Source: Paragordius varius
Lineage: Eukaryota; Animalia; Nematomorpha
Direction: 5' to 3'
DNA length: 64,000 bases
NCBI GenBank assembly: GCA_964247055.1
Contig: OZ176053.1
Coordinates: forward strand, 12,958,001 to 13,022,000
A program made the translations under genes and the position numbers. Positions 1 through 14,517 of this stretch are shown here, one piece after another. Each line of letters begins with the position of its first letter. Position 1 is the first letter of the stretch. The notes beneath the pieces were generated by a model. That model was not told where the DNA came from, did not search any database, and was given only the letters and a program-made list of their open reading frames with translations.

Positions 1-3000
1 CGATTTTTAAGGACAAAGTTTAACTTGAGTATTGATGCGACTAGTTTTATATATTAATTTTTAAAGTATTGTTGTAAAAATCGGATATGAAAGAGTTTGT
101 CAAACTATCTCTATATTTTGATGTAGTAGTACTAAAAGAATGTATAAAAATAATTTTGTTGAGGGTGATCTATATGCGATTTTTAACGACAAAGTTTAAC
201 TTGAGGATTGGTGCGACTAGTTTTATACATTAATTTTCAAAGTATTGTTGTAAAAATCGGATATGAAAGAGTTTGTCAAACTATCTCTATATTAAGATGT
301 AGTCCTACTAAGAGAATGTATATAAAATAATTTTTTTACCGGCGAACGATATCCGATTTTTATGGACAAAGTTTAAATTGCTTATTGTCGTATGCTAAAT
401 TATACATTAATTTTTAAAGTATCGCTGTAATCAGCTATCTAGGAGTTTGTCAAATTATCTCTATATTTTAATGTAGTCCTACTAAGAGAATGTATAAAAA
501 ATAATTTGTTCACCGGTGACCAATATCCGATTTATAAGGACAAAGTTTAACTTGAGTATTGATGCGATTAGTTTTATACATTAATTTTATATCGTTGTAA
601 AAATCGGATATGAAAGAGTTTGTCAAACTATCTCTATTTGATGTAGTCCTACTAAGAGAATGTATAAAAACTTTTTTCTTTACCAGCGACTAATATCCGA
701 TTTTTAAGAACAAAGTTTAACTTGCTTATTGTCGTATGCTAAATATTACATTAATTTTTAAAGTATCGCTCTAAAAATCAGATATTAAAGAGTTTGTCAA
801 ACTATCTCTATATTTTGATGTAGTCTTACTAAGAGAATGTATAAAAAATAATTTTGTTCACCGGTGACCAATATCCGATTTTTAAGGACAAAGTTTAACT
901 TGAGTATTGATACGACTAGTTTTATAAATTAATTTTTAAAGTATCGTTGTAAAAATCGGATATGAAAGAGTTTTTCTAACTATCTCTATATTTTGATGTA
1001 GTCATACTAAGAGAATGTATAAAAAATAATTTGTTCACCGGTGACAATATCCCATTTTTAAGGACAAAGTTTAACTTGAGTATTGATGCGACTAGTTTTA
1101 TATATTAATTTTTAAAGTATTGTTGTAAAAATCGGATATGAAAGAGTTTGTCAAACTATCTCTATATTTTGATGTAGTAGTACTAAAAGAATGTATAAAA
1201 ATAATTTTGTTCAGGGTGATCTATATGCGATTTTTAAGGACAAAGTTTAACTTGAGGATTGGTGCGACTAGTTTTATACATTAATTTTCAAAGTATTGTT
1301 GTAAAAATCGGATATGAAAGAGTTTGTCAAACTATCTCTATATTAAGATGTAGTCCTACTAAGAGAATGTATATAAAATAATTTTTTTACCGGCGAACGA
1401 TATCCGATTTTTATGGACAAAGTTTAAATTGCTTATTGTCGTATGCTAAATTATACATTAATTTTTAAAGTATCGCTGTAATCAGCTATCTAGGAGTTTG
1501 TCAAATTATCTCTATATTTTAATGTAGTCCTACTAAGAGAATGTATAAAAAATAATTTGTTCACCGGTGACCAATATCCGATTTATAAGGACAAAGTTTA
1601 ACTTGAGTATTGATGCGATTAGTTTTATACATTAATTTTATATCGTTGTAAAAATCGGATATGAAAGAGTTTGTCAAACTATCTCTATATTATGATGTAG
1701 TGCTACTAAGAGAATGTATATAAAATCATTTTGTTAACCGGTGATCAATATCCGATTTTTAAGGACAAAGTTTAACTTGATCATGCGACTAGTTTTATAC
1801 ATTAATTTTAAAAGTATGGTTGTAAAAATCGGATATGAAAGAGTTTGTCAAACTATCTCTATATTTTGATGTAGTCCTACTAAGAGAATGTATAAAAAAT
1901 TATTTTCTTTACCGGCGACTAATATCCGATTTTTAAGGACAAAGTTTAACTTGCTTATTGTCGTATGCTAAATATTACATTAATTTTTAAAGTATCGCTC
2001 TAAAAATCAGATATTAAAGAGTTTGTCAAACTATCTCTCTATATTGATGTAGTCTTATTAAGAGAATGTATAAAAAATAATTTTGTTCACCGGTGACCAA
2101 TATCCGATTTTTAAGGACAAAGTTTAATTTGAGTATTGTCGTATGTTAAATATTACATTAATTTTAAAAGTATCGCTCTAAAAATCATATATTAAAGAGT
2201 TTGTCAAACTATCTCTATATATTGATGTAGTCTTACTAAGAGAATGTATAAAAAATAATTTTGTTCACCGGTGACCAATATCCGATTTTTAAGGACAAAG
2301 TTTAACTTGAGTATTGATACGACTAGTTTTATCAATTAATTTTTAAAGTATCGTTGTAAAAATCGGATATGAAAGAGTTTTTCTAACTATCTCTATATTT
2401 TGATGTAGTCATACTAAGAGAATGTATAAAAAATAATTTGTTCACCGGTGACCAATATCCGATTTATAAGGACAAAGTTTAACTTGAGTATTGATGCGAT
2501 TAGTTTTATACATTAATTTTAAAAGTATCGTTGTAAAAATCGGATATGAAAGAGTTTGTCAAACTATCTCTATATTTTGATGTAGTCCTACTAAGAGAAT
2601 GTATAAAAATTTTTTTTTTTTTACCGGCGACTAATATCCGATTTTTAAGAACAAAGTTTAACTTGCTTATTGTCGTATGCTAAATATTACATTAATTTTT
2701 AAAGTATCGCTCTAAAAATCAGATATTAAAGAGTTTTTCAAACTATCTCTATATTTTGATGTAGTCTTACTAAAAGAATGTATAAAAAATAGTTTTGTTC
2801 ACCGGTGACCAATATCCGATTTTTAAGGACAAAGTTTAACTTGAGTATTGATGCGACTAGTTTTATACACTAATTTTTAAAGTATCGTTGTAAAAATCGG
2901 ATATGAAAGAGTTTGTCAAACTAACTCTATATTTTGATGTAGTCTTACGAGAATGTATAAAAAATAGTTTTGTTCACCGGTGACCAATATCCCATTTTTA

Positions 3001-6000
3001 TGGACAAAATTTAACTTGAGTATTGTCGTAAGCTAAATATTACATTAATTTTTAAAGTTCGCTCTAAAAATCAGATATTAAAGAGTTTGTCAAACTATCT
3101 CTATATCTTGAGGTAGTCTTATAAGAGAATGTATAAAAAATAATTTTGTTCACCGGTGACCAATATCCGATTTTTAAGGACAAAGTTTAACTTGAGTATT
3201 GATACGACTAGTTTTATAAATTAATTTTTAAAGTATCGTTGTAAAAATCGGATATGAAAGAGTTTTTCTAACTATCTCTATATTTTGATGTAGTCATACT
3301 AAGAGAATGTATAAAAAATAATTTGTTCACCGGTGACAATATCCGATTTTTAAGGACAAAGTTTAACTTGAGTATTGATACGACTAGTTTTATAAATTAA
3401 TTTTTAAAGTATCGTTGTAAAAATCGGATATGAAAGAGTTTTTCTAACTATCTCTATATTATGATGTAGTCCTACTAAGAGAATGTATATAAAATAATTT
3501 TGTTCGGTGATCAATATCCGATTTTTAAGGACAAAGTTTAACTTGAGTATTGATGCGACTAGTTTTATAAATTAATTTTTAAAGTATCGTTGTAAAAATC
3601 GGATATGAAAGAGTTTTTCTAACTATCTCTATATTTTGATGTAGTCATACTAAGAGAATGTATATAAAATAATTTTTTTACCGGCGAACGATATCCGATT
3701 TTTATGGACAAAGTTTAAATTGCTTATTGTCGTATGCTAAATTATACATTAATTTTTAAAGTATCGCTGTAATCAGCTATCTAGGAGTTTGTCAAACTAT
3801 CTCTATATTTTAATGTAGTCCTACTAAGAGAATGTATAAAAAATAATTTTGTTCTCCGGTGATCAATATCCGATTTTTAAGGACAAAGTTTAACTTGAGT
3901 AATCATGCGACTAGTTTTATACATTAATTTTAAAAGTATGGTTGTAAAAATCGGATATGAAAGAGTTTGTTAAACTATCTCTATATTTTCATGTAGTCTT
4001 ACTAAGAGAATGTATAAAAAATAATTTTGTTCACCGGTGACCAATATCCGATTTTTAAGGACAAAGTTTAACTTGAGTATTGATGGGATTAGTTTTATAC
4101 ATTAATTTTAAAAGTATCGTTGTAAAAATCAGATATTAAAGAGTTTGTCAAACTATCTCTATATTTTGATGTAGTCTTACTAAGAGAATGTATAAAAAAT
4201 AATTTTGTTCACCGGTGACCAATATCCGATTTTTAAGGACAAAGTTTAACTTGAGTATTGATACGACTAGTTTTATAAATTAATTTTTAAAGTATCGTTG
4301 TAAAAATCGGATATGAAAGAGTTTTTCTAACTATCTCTATATTTTGATGTAGTCATACTAAGAGAATGTATAAAAAATTATTTACTTTACCGGCGACTAA
4401 TATCCGATTTTTAAGGACAAAGTTTAACTTGCTCATTGTCGTATGCTAAATATTACATTAATTTTTAAAGTATCGCTCTAAAAATCAGATTTTAAAGAGT
4501 TTGTCAAACTATCTCTATATATTGATGTAGTCTTACTAGGAGAATGTATAAAAAATAATTTTGTTCACCGGTGACCAATATCCGATTTTTAAGGACAAAG
4601 TTTAACTTGAGTATTGATACGACTAGTTTTATAAATTAATTTTTAAAGTATCGTTGTAAAAATCGGATATGAAAGAGTTTTTCTAACTATCTCTATATTT
4701 TGATGTAGTCATACTAAGAGAATGTATAAAAAATAATTTGTTCACCGGTGACAATATCCGATTTTTAAGGACAAAGTTTAACTTGAGTATTGATACGACT
4801 AGTTTTATAAATTAATTTTTAAAGTATCGTTGTAAAAATCGGATATGAAAGAGTTTTTCTAACTATCTCTATATATTGATGTAGTCTTACAGGGAGAATG
4901 TATAAAAAATAATTTTGTTCACCGGTGACCAATATCCGATTTTTAAGGACAAAGTTTAACTTGAGTATTGATACGACTAGTTTTATAAATTAATTTTTAA
5001 AGTATCGTTGTAAAAATCGGATATGAAAGAGTTTGTAAACTATTTCTATATTTTGATGTAGTCTTACTAAGAGAATCTATAAAAAATAATTTTGTTCACC
5101 GGTGACCAATATCCGATTTTTAAGGACAAAGTTTAACTTTAGTATTGATGCGATTAGTTTTATACATTAATTTTAAAAGTATCGTTGTAAACGGATATGA
5201 AAGAGTTTGTCAAACTATCTCTATATTTTGATGTAGTCCTACTAAGAGAATGTATAAAAAATTATTTTCTTTACCGGCGACTAATATCCGATTTTTAAGG
5301 ACAAAGTTTAACTTGCTTATTGTCGTATGCTAAATATTACATTAATTTTTAAAGTATCGCTCTAAAAATCAGATATTAAAGAGTTTGTCAAACTATCTCT
5401 CTATATTGATGTAGTCTTACTAAGAGAATGTATAAAAAATAATTTTGTTCACCGGTGACCAATATCCGATTTTTAAGGACAAAGTTTAACTTGAGTATTG
5501 TCGTATGCTAAATATTACATTAATTTTAAAAGTATCGCTCTAAAAATCAGATAGAGTTTATCAAACTATCTCTATATATTGATGTAGTCATACTAAGAGA
5601 ATGTATAAAAAATAATTTGTTCACCGGTGACCAATATCCGATTTTTAAGGACAAAGTTTAACTTGAGTATTGATACGACTAGTTTTATAAATTAATTTTT
5701 AAAGTATCGTTGTAAAAATCGGATATGAAAGAGTTTTTCTAACTATCTCTATATTTTGATGTAGTCATACTAAGAGAATGTATAAAAAATAATTTGTTCA
5801 CCGGTGACCAATATCCGATTTATAAGGACAAAGTTTAACTTGAATATTGATGCGATTAGTTTTATACATTAATTTTAAAAGTATCGTTGTAAAAATCGGA
5901 TATGAAAGAGTTTGTCAAACTATCTCTATATTTTGATGTAGTCCTACTAAGAGAATGTATAAAAAAATTTTTTCTTTACCGGCGACTAATATTCGATTTT

Positions 6001-9000
6001 TAAGAACAAAGTTTAACTTGCTTATTGTCGTATGCTAAATATTACATTAATTTTTAAAGTATCGCTCTAAAAATCAGATATTAAAGAGTTTTTCAAACTA
6101 TCTCTATATTTTGATGTAGTCTTACTAAAAGAATGTATAAAAAATAGTTTTGTTCACCGGTGACCAATATCCGATTTTTAAGGACAAAGTTTAACTTGAG
6201 TATTGATGCGACTAGTTTTATACATTAATTTTTAAAGTATCGTTGTAAAAATCGGATATGAAAGAGTTTGTCAAACTAACTCTATATTTTGATGTAGTCT
6301 TACGAGAATGTATAAAAAATAGTTTTGTTCACCGGTGACCAATATCCCATTTTTATGGACAAAATTTAACTTGAGTATTGTCGTATGCTAAATATTACAT
6401 TAATTTTTAAAGTTCGCTCTAAAAATCAGATATTAAAGAGTTTGTCAAACTATCTCTATATCTTGATGTAGTCTTATAAGAGAATGTATAAAAAATAATT
6501 TTGTTCACCGGTGACCAATATCCGATTTTTAAGGACAAAGTTTAACTTGAGTATTGATACGATTAGTTTTATAAATTAATTTTTAAAATATCGTTGTAAA
6601 AATCGGATATGAAAGAGTTTTTCTAACTATCTCTATATTTTGATGTAGTCATACTAAGAGAATGTATAAAAAATAATTTGTTCACCGGTGACAATATCCG
6701 ATTTTTAAGGACAAAGTTTAACTTGAGTATTGATACGACTAGTTTTATAAATTAATTTTTAAAGTATCGTTGTAAAAATCGGATATGAAAGAGTTTTTCT
6801 AACTATCTCTATATTTTGATGTAGTCATACTAAGAGATTGTATAAAAAATTATTTTCTTTACCGGCGACTAATATCCGATTTTTAAGGACAAAGTTTAAC
6901 TTGCTTATTGTCGTATGCTAAATATTACATTAATTTTTAAAGTTCGCTCTAAAAATCAGATATTAAAGAGTTTGTCAAACTATCTCTATATCTTGATGTA
7001 GTCTTATAAGAGAATGTATAAAAAATAATTTTGTTCACCGGTGACCAATATCCGATTTTTAAGGACAAAGTTTAACTTGAGTATTGATACGATTAGTTTT
7101 ATAAATTAATTTTTAAAATATCGTTGTAAAAATCAGATATTAAAGAGTTTGTCAAACTATCTCTATATATTGATGTAGTCTTACTAAGAGAATGTATAAA
7201 AAATAATTTTGTTCACCGGTGACCAATATCCGATTTTTAAGGACAAAGATTAACTTGAGTATTCATACGACTAGTTTTATAAATTAATTTTTAAAGTATC
7301 GTTGTAAAAATCGGATATGAAAGAGTTTGTCAAACTATCTCTATATTTTGATGTAGTAGTACTAAAAGAATGTATAAAAATAATTTTGTTCACGGTGATA
7401 AATATCCGATTTTTAAGGACAAAGTTTAACTTTAGGATTGGTGCGACTTAAAGTATCCTTGTAAAAATCGGATCTGAAAGAGTTTGTAAACTATTTCTAT
7501 ATTTTGATGTAGTCTTACTAAGAGAATCTATAAAAAATATTTTTGTTCACCGGTGACCAATATCCGATTTTTAAGGACAAAGTTTAACTTGCGTATTGAT
7601 ACGACTAGTTTTATACATTAATTTTTAAAGTATCGTTGTAAAAATCGGATATGAAAGAGTTTGTCAAACTAACTCTATATTTTGATGTAGTCTTACGAGA
7701 ATGTATAAAAAATAGTTTTGTTCACCGGTGACCAATATCCGATTTTTAAGGACAAAGTTTAACTTGAGTATTGATACGACTAGTTTTATACATTAATTTT
7801 AAAAGTATCGTTGTAAATATCGGATATGAAAGAGTTTTTCTAACTATCTCTATATTTTGATGTAGTCATACTAAGAGAATGTATAAAAAATAATTTGTTC
7901 ACCGGTGACAATATCCGATTTTTAAGGACAAAGTTTAACTTGAGTATTGATACGACTAGTTTTATACATTAATTTTTAAAGTATCGTTTTAAAAATCGGA
8001 TATGAAAGAGTTTGTTAAACTATCTCTATATTTTCATGTAGTCTTACTAAGAGAATGTATAAAAAATAATTTTGTTCACCGGTGACCAATATCCGATTTT
8101 TAAGGACAAAGTTTAACTTCGGTATTGATGGGATTAGTTTGATACATTAATTTTTTAAAGTATCGTTGTAAAAATCGGATATGAAAGAGTTTTTCTAACT
8201 ATCTCTATATTTTGATGTAGTCATACTAAGAGAATTTATAAAAAATAATTTGTTCACCGGTGACAATATCCGATTTTTAAGGACAAAGTTTAACTTGAGT
8301 AATGCGACTAGTTTTATACATTAATTTTTAAAGTATCGTTGTAAAAATCGGATATGAAAGAGTTTGTAAACTATTTCTATATTTTGATGTAGTCTTACTA
8401 AGAGAATGTAAAAAAAATAATTTGGTTAACCGGTGATCAATATCCGATTTTTAAGGACAAAGTTTAACTTGAGTATTGATGCGACTAGTTTTATACATTA
8501 ATTTTAAAAGTATTGTTGTAAAAATCGGATATGAAAGAGTTTGTCAAACTATCTCTATATTTTGATGTAGTAGTACTAAAAGAATGTATAAAAATAATTT
8601 TGTTCACGGTGATCAATATCCGATTTTTAAGGACAAAGTTTAACTTGAGTATTGGTGCGACTAGTTTTATACATTAATTTTTAAAGTATCGTTGTAAAAA
8701 TCGGATATGAAAGAGTTTGTCAAACTATCTCTATATTATGATGTAGTCCTACTAAGAGAATGTATATAAAATAATTTTTTTACCGGCGAACCATATCCGA
8801 TTTTTATGGATAAAGTTGAAATTGCTTATTGTCGTATGCTAAATTATACATTAATTTTTAAAGTATCGCTGTAATCAGCTATCTAGGAGTTTGTCAAACT
8901 ATCTCTATATTTTAATGTAGTCCTACTAAGAGAATGTATAAAAAATAATTTTGTTCTCCGGTGATCAATATCCGATTTTTAAGGACAAAGTTTAACTTGA

Positions 9001-12000
9001 GTATTGATGCTATTAGTTTTATACATTAATTTTATATCGTTGTAAAAATCGGATATGAAAGAGTTTGTCAAACTATCTCTATATTTTGATGTAGTCCTAC
9101 TAAGAGAATGTATAAAAAATTATTTTTACCGGCGACTAATATCCGATTTTTAAGGACAAAGTTTAACTTGCTTATTGTGGTATGCTAAATATTACATTAA
9201 TTTTTAAAGTATTGCTCTAAAAATCAGATATTAAAGAGTTTGTCAAACTATCTCTCTATATTGATGTAGTCTTACTAAGAGAATGTATAAAAAATAATTT
9301 TGTTCACCGGTGACCAATATCCGATTTTTAAGGACAAAGTTTAACTTGAGTATTGATACGACTAGTTTTATAAATTAATTTTTAAAGTATCGTTGTAAAA
9401 ATCGGATATGAAAGAGTTTTTCTAACTATCTCTATATTTTGATGTAGTCATACTAAGAGAATGTATAAAAAATTATTTTCTTTACCGGCGACTAATATCC
9501 GATTTTTAAGGACAAAGTTTAACTTGCTCATTGTCGTATGCTAAATATTACATTAATTTTTAAAGTATCGCTCTAAAAATCAGATATTAAAGAGTTTGTC
9601 AAACTATCTCTAAATATTGATGTAGTCTTACTAAGAGAATGTATAAAAAATAATTTTGTTCACCGGTGACCAATATCCGATTTTTAAGGACAAAGTTTAA
9701 CTTGAGTATTGATACGACTAGTTTTATAAATTAATTTTTAAAGTATCGTTGTAAAAATCGGATATTAAAGAGTTTTTCTAACTATCTCTATATTTTGATG
9801 TAGTCATACTAAGAGAATGTATAAAAAATTATTTTCTTTACCGGCGACTAATATCCGATTTTTAAGGACAAAGTTTAACTTGCTCATTGTCGTATGCTAA
9901 ATATTACATTAATTTTTAAAGTATCGCTCTAAAAATCAGATATTAAAGAGTTTGTCAAACTATCTCTATATATTGATGTAGTCTTACTAAGAGAATGTAT
10001 AAAAAATAATTTTGTTCACCGGTGACCAATATCCGATTTTTAAGGACAAAGTTTAACTTGAGTATTGATACGACCAGTTTTATAAATTAATTTTTAAAGT
10101 ATCGTTGTAAAAATCGGATATGAAAGAGTTTTTCTAACTATCTCTATATTTTGATGTAGTCATACTAAAAGAATGTATAAAAAATTATTTTCTTTACCGG
10201 CGACTAATATCCGATTTTTAAGGACAAAGTTTAACTTGCTCATTGTCGTATGCTAAATATTACATTAATTTTTAAAGTATCGCTCTAAAAATCAGATATT
10301 AAAGAGTTTGTCAAACTATCTCTATATATTGATGTAGTCTTACTAAGAGAATGTATAAAAAATAATTTTGTTCACCGGTGACCAATATCCGATTTTTAAG
10401 GACAAAGTTTAACTTGAGTATTGATACGACTAGTTTTATAAATTAATTTTTAAAGTATCGTTGTAAAAATCGGATATGAAAGAGTTTTTCTAACTATCTC
10501 TATATTTTGATGTAGTCATACTAAGAGAATGTATAAAAAATAATTTGTTCACCGGTGACCAATATCCGATTTATAAGGACAAAGTTTAACTTGAGTATTG
10601 ATGCGATTAGTTTTATACATTAATTTTAAAAGTATCGTTGTAAAAATCGGATATGAAAGAGTTTGTCAAACTATCTCTATATTTTGATGTAGTCCTACTA
10701 AGAGAATGTAAATAAATTTTTTTCTTTACCGGCGACTAATATCCGATTTTTAAGAACAAAGTTTAACTTGCTTATTGTCGTATGCTAAATATTACATTAA
10801 TTTTTAAAGTATCGCTCTAAAAATCAGATATTAAAGAGTTTTTCAAACTATCTCTATATTTTGATGTAGTCTTACTAAAAGAATGTATAAAAAATAGTTT
10901 TGTTCACCGGTGACCAATATCCGATTTTTAAGGACAAAGTTTAACTTGAGTATTGATGCGACTAGTTTTATACATTAATTTTTAAAGTATCGTTGTAAAA
11001 ATCGGATATGAAAGAGTTTGTCAAACTAACTCTATATTTTGATGTAGTCTTACGAGAATGTATAAAAAATAGTTTTGTTCACCGGTGACCAATATCCCAT
11101 TTTTATGGACAAAATTTAACTTGAGTATGTCGTATGCTAAATATTACATTAATTTTTAAAGTTCGCTCTAAAAATCAGATATTAAAGAGTTTGTCAAACT
11201 ATCTCTATATCTTGATGTAGTCTTACTAAGAGAATATATAAAAAATAATTTTGTTCACCGGTGACCAATATCCGATTTTTAAGGACAAAGTTTAACTTGA
11301 GTATTGATACGACTAGTTTTTTAAATTAATTTTTAAAGTATCGTTGTAAAAATCGGATATGAAAGAGTTTTTCTAACTATCTCTATATTTTGATGTAGTC
11401 ATACTAAGAGAATGTATAAAAAATAATTTGTTCACCGGTGACAATATCCGATTTTTAAGGACAAAGTTTAACTTGAGTATTGATACGACTAGTTTTATAC
11501 ATTAATTTTTAAAGTATCGTTGTAAAAATCGGATATGAAAGAGTTTGTTAAACTATCTCTATATTTTGATGTAGTCTTACTAAGAGAATGTATAAAAAAT
11601 AATTTTGTTCACCGGTGACCAATATCCGATTTTTAAGGACAAAGTTTAACTTGAGTATTGATACGACTAGTTTTATAAATTAATTTTTAAAGTATCGTTG
11701 TAAAAATCGGATATGAAAGAGTTTTTCTAACTATCTCTATATTTTGATGTAGTCATACTAAGAGAATGTATAAAAAATAATTTGTTCACCGGTGACAATA
11801 TCCGATTTTTAAGGACAAAGTTTAACTTGAGTAAATGACTAGTTTTATACATTAATTTTTAAAGTATCGCTGTAAAAATCAGATATTACAGAGTTTGTCA
11901 AAATATCTCTATATTTTCATATAGTCTTACTAAGAGAATGTATAAAAAATAATTTTGTTCACCGGTGACCAATATCGGATTTTTAAGGACAAAGTTTAAC

Positions 12001-13182
12001 TTGAGTATTGATGCGATTAGTTTTATACATTATTTTAAAAGTATCGTTGTAAAAATCGCATATGAAAGAGTTTGTCAAACTCTCTCTATATCTTGATGTA
12101 GTCTCTCTAAGAGAATGTACAAAAAATAGTTTTGTTCACCGGTGACCAATATCCGATTTTTAAGGACAAAGTTTAGCTTGAGTATTGATGCGACTAGTTT
12201 TATACATTAATTTTTAAAGTATCGTTGTAAAAATCTTATATGAAAGAGTTTGACAAACTATCTATATATTTTGATGTAGTCTTACTAAGAGAATGTATAA
12301 AAAATAATTTTGTTCACCGGAGACCAATATCCGATTTTTAAGGACAAAGTTTAACTTGAGTATTGATGCGATTAGTTTTATACATTAATTTTAAAAGTAT
12401 CGTTGTTAAAATCGGATATGAAAGAGTTTGTCAAACTATCTCTATATTTTGATGTAGTCCTCCTAAGAGAATGTATGAAAATAGTTTCGTTCACCGGTGA
12501 CCAATATCCGATTTTTAAGGACAAAGTTTAACTTGAATATTGTCGTATGCTAAATTATACATTAATTTTTAAAGTATCGTTGTAAAAATTAGATATTAAA
12601 GAGTTTGTCAAACTATCTCTATATTTTGATGTAGTCTTACTAAAAGAATGTATAAAAAATAGTTTTGTTCACCGGTGATCAATATCCGATTTTTAAGGAC
12701 AAAGTTTAACTTGAGTATTGATGCGACTAGTTTTATACATTAATTTTAAAGTATCGTTGTAAGAATCGGATATGAAAGAGTTTGTCAAACTAACTCTATA
12801 TTTGGATGTAGTCTTACTAAGAGAATGTATAAAAAATAATTTTGTTCACCGGTGACCAATATCCCATTTTTATGGACAAAATTTAACTTGAGTATTGATG
12901 CGACTAGTTTTATACATTAATTTTTAAAGTATCGTTGTAAAAATCGGATATGAAAGAGTTTGTCAAACTATCTCTATTTTTGGATGAATTCCTACTAAGA
13001 GAATGTATAAAAAATTATTTTCTTTACCGGCGAGTAATATCCGATTTTTAAGGACAAAGTTTAACTTGCTTATTGTCGTATGCTAAATTATACATTAATT
13101 TTTAAAGTATCGCTCTAAAAATCAGATATTAAAGAGTTTGTCAAACTATCTCTATATTTTGATGTAATACTACTAAGAGAAT
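1..13182 (+). repeat. Satellite DNA array, ~178-bp monomer, block 1 (orientation defined as +)
   Basis: Consensus CCGATTTTTAAGGACAAAGTTTAACTTGAGTATTGATGCGACTAGTTTTATACATTAATTTTTAAAGTATCGTTGTAAAAATCGGATATGAAAGAGTTTGTCAAACTATCTCTATATTTTGATGTAGTCTTACTAAGAGAATGTATAAAAAATAATTTTGTTCACCGGTGACCAATAT is 178 nt. Period checked directly (CCGATTTTT at 4048 and 4226). Head-to-tail copies with substitutions and small indels; the array continues past the window start. Confidence 0.98.
9310..10500 (+). repeat. Dimeric (A-B) higher-order repeat, period 356 bp, about three copies
   Basis: GCTCATTGTCGTATG at 9526, 9882 and 10238, alternating with GATACGAC/TTTTTCTAAC-type monomers. Confidence 0.85.
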
Positions 13183-13400
13183 GGGCCTGCTGAATAAAAA
13201 CAAGCACCTACTGAGTAGTAGGTGCTTATACATGTTTATTTTCATTTTGTTTTTTGTTTGTTTTCGATTTCATTAAAATGCGTTTGAAAAATTCATAAAG
13301 AAATTTAGAAAGTCTAACTTTTGGGAAAAATATCGATTATTTACCCTTTAAAAAATGCAATTATTAATACACATTTATTTATAAATACACAAAAAATAAA

Positions 13401-13793
13401 TTAAAATAATGTTTAAACAATTGAATCTCGTTACATTTTGCCAACCTTCAGTATTTGGGTAGATCAATATTGTTTCACAATCCTCCAAATATTCAATATC
13501 AAAATATAAATTACTATCGAAATTTGTTAGGGTTCGTTAAGATATTTGGATACATTATGTAATATGGAACATGTTAAAATAGGTTTTGGTATTCGTTTTA
13601 GACTTATACAAATTTTGTTACCGAGTATGGGAAATCGGGCCTTCATCTGACCGCAAACCCGCTCGATAATACTTCTTTCAGAACAATGTAATTTATTGAA
13701 TTTTTTCTCGTTATCGATAATCGTATTTTTGAAGGGGGTTAGGAGCCAGGGTGATAGTGGATATCCATTATCACCTAATAAACATGTTTGCAC
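13401..13793 (-). pseudogene. Harbinger (HARBI1-like, DDE_Tnp_4 family) transposase, C-terminal fragment
   Basis: ORF 13527-13793: LLGDNGYPLSPWLLTPF...FNKLHCSERSIIERVCGQMKARFPIL...CSILHN matches the family pattern LGDxGYPLxxWLLTPY...FNxxHxxxRxxIERxFGxLKxRFxxL...CxxLHN. The ORF start is GTG, not ATG. A frameshifted tail (EGxQNV/RDSIV/HYF*) reads to ~13401. The N-terminal two-thirds is missing. Confidence 0.92.
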
Positions 13794-14070
13794 ATATAAA
13801 TATCTAAACGAATAATATTATATTAGTTCATTATGAATATAAATCGTCCAAAAAGATTCTGAATTGAAGAATTTAACCTATACAAAATATGAAAAGGTCA
13901 TTTTATCCTAGTCATAAATCGAATTTGAATAAATCAGTGGTTAATATAGAAAATAACCTCATTCAAAAATAATCATACAAATATTATAATACATAAAATT
14001 TAAATGTTTATAATATAAAATTAAGGTCATTATAAAGTATATAAACTCAAATTTTTTACACAAAAAAGAA

Positions 14071-14517
14071 ATGACGGAAGAAAATGATATAATTGTGGAC
14101 ATTCTCGAAAAAAATCCAATATTTAACAAAAGTAATACAATCTCAATAAAAAAACAAAGAAATAAAGTATACAAAAAAATACAAGTCGAAATTGAAAATA
14201 TGAATGACAAATATATAAACATATCCCAAATCAAAAAAAATCAACAACATGAAATCACAAATCTGAGTAAAGATCGATATTTGAAATCTGGAATGGAAAC
14301 AATTTTAAAAACCTGGGAAATTAAATTGCAATTTTAATTTTTGATACAGGAAAACCTATATTTGAAAAAATACAGGATCAAATCAGACACGAAGGAATCA
14401 AAACCGAGTATTTGTTTATATAATTTTGAAAAGGTAAAAAAGAATTCACCAAGGAACTGATATCACTGCAAATTGAGCTAACAAAGCTCAAAATAGAAAA
14501 GAAAAATTTTTTTTAAT
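14071..14517 (+). pseudogene. Harbinger-associated Myb/SANT-like DNA-binding protein, frameshifted remnant
   Basis: ORF 14071-14337: EENDIIVDILEKNPIFNKSNTISIKKQRNKVYKKIQVEIEN resembles the Myb_DNA-bind_5/MSANT fold. A frameshift in the A8 run at 14233-14240 would restore QIKK(K)INNMKSQI, the usual QxKKKxxNxK motif. Later fragments read LKTWEIKL, KPIFEKIQ and a coiled-coil-like TKELISLQIELTKLKIEKK ending near 14517. It is divergent from the transposase remnant. The assignment rests on motif recognition, not a database search. Confidence 0.75.

Noticed and set aside
4048-4225. Identity with Arabidopsis CEN178 or primate alpha satellite; CENP-B box
   Set aside because: Only the length is similar. 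I recognise no sequence similarity, the GC content is lower than I recall for those repeats, and I found no TTCGNNNNANNCGGG motif in the consensus.
13794-13890. Additional upstream transposase exon (minus strand LNSSIQNLFGRF after a TTTTGTATAG acceptor-like site)
   Set aside because: It is plausible but too short and degenerate to support without an alignment to an intact family member.
13959-14234. 91-aa hydrophobic minus-strand ORF as a membrane protein
   Set aside because: It is the antisense shadow of the A-rich Myb/SANT remnant; T-rich codons produce the F/I/L bias.
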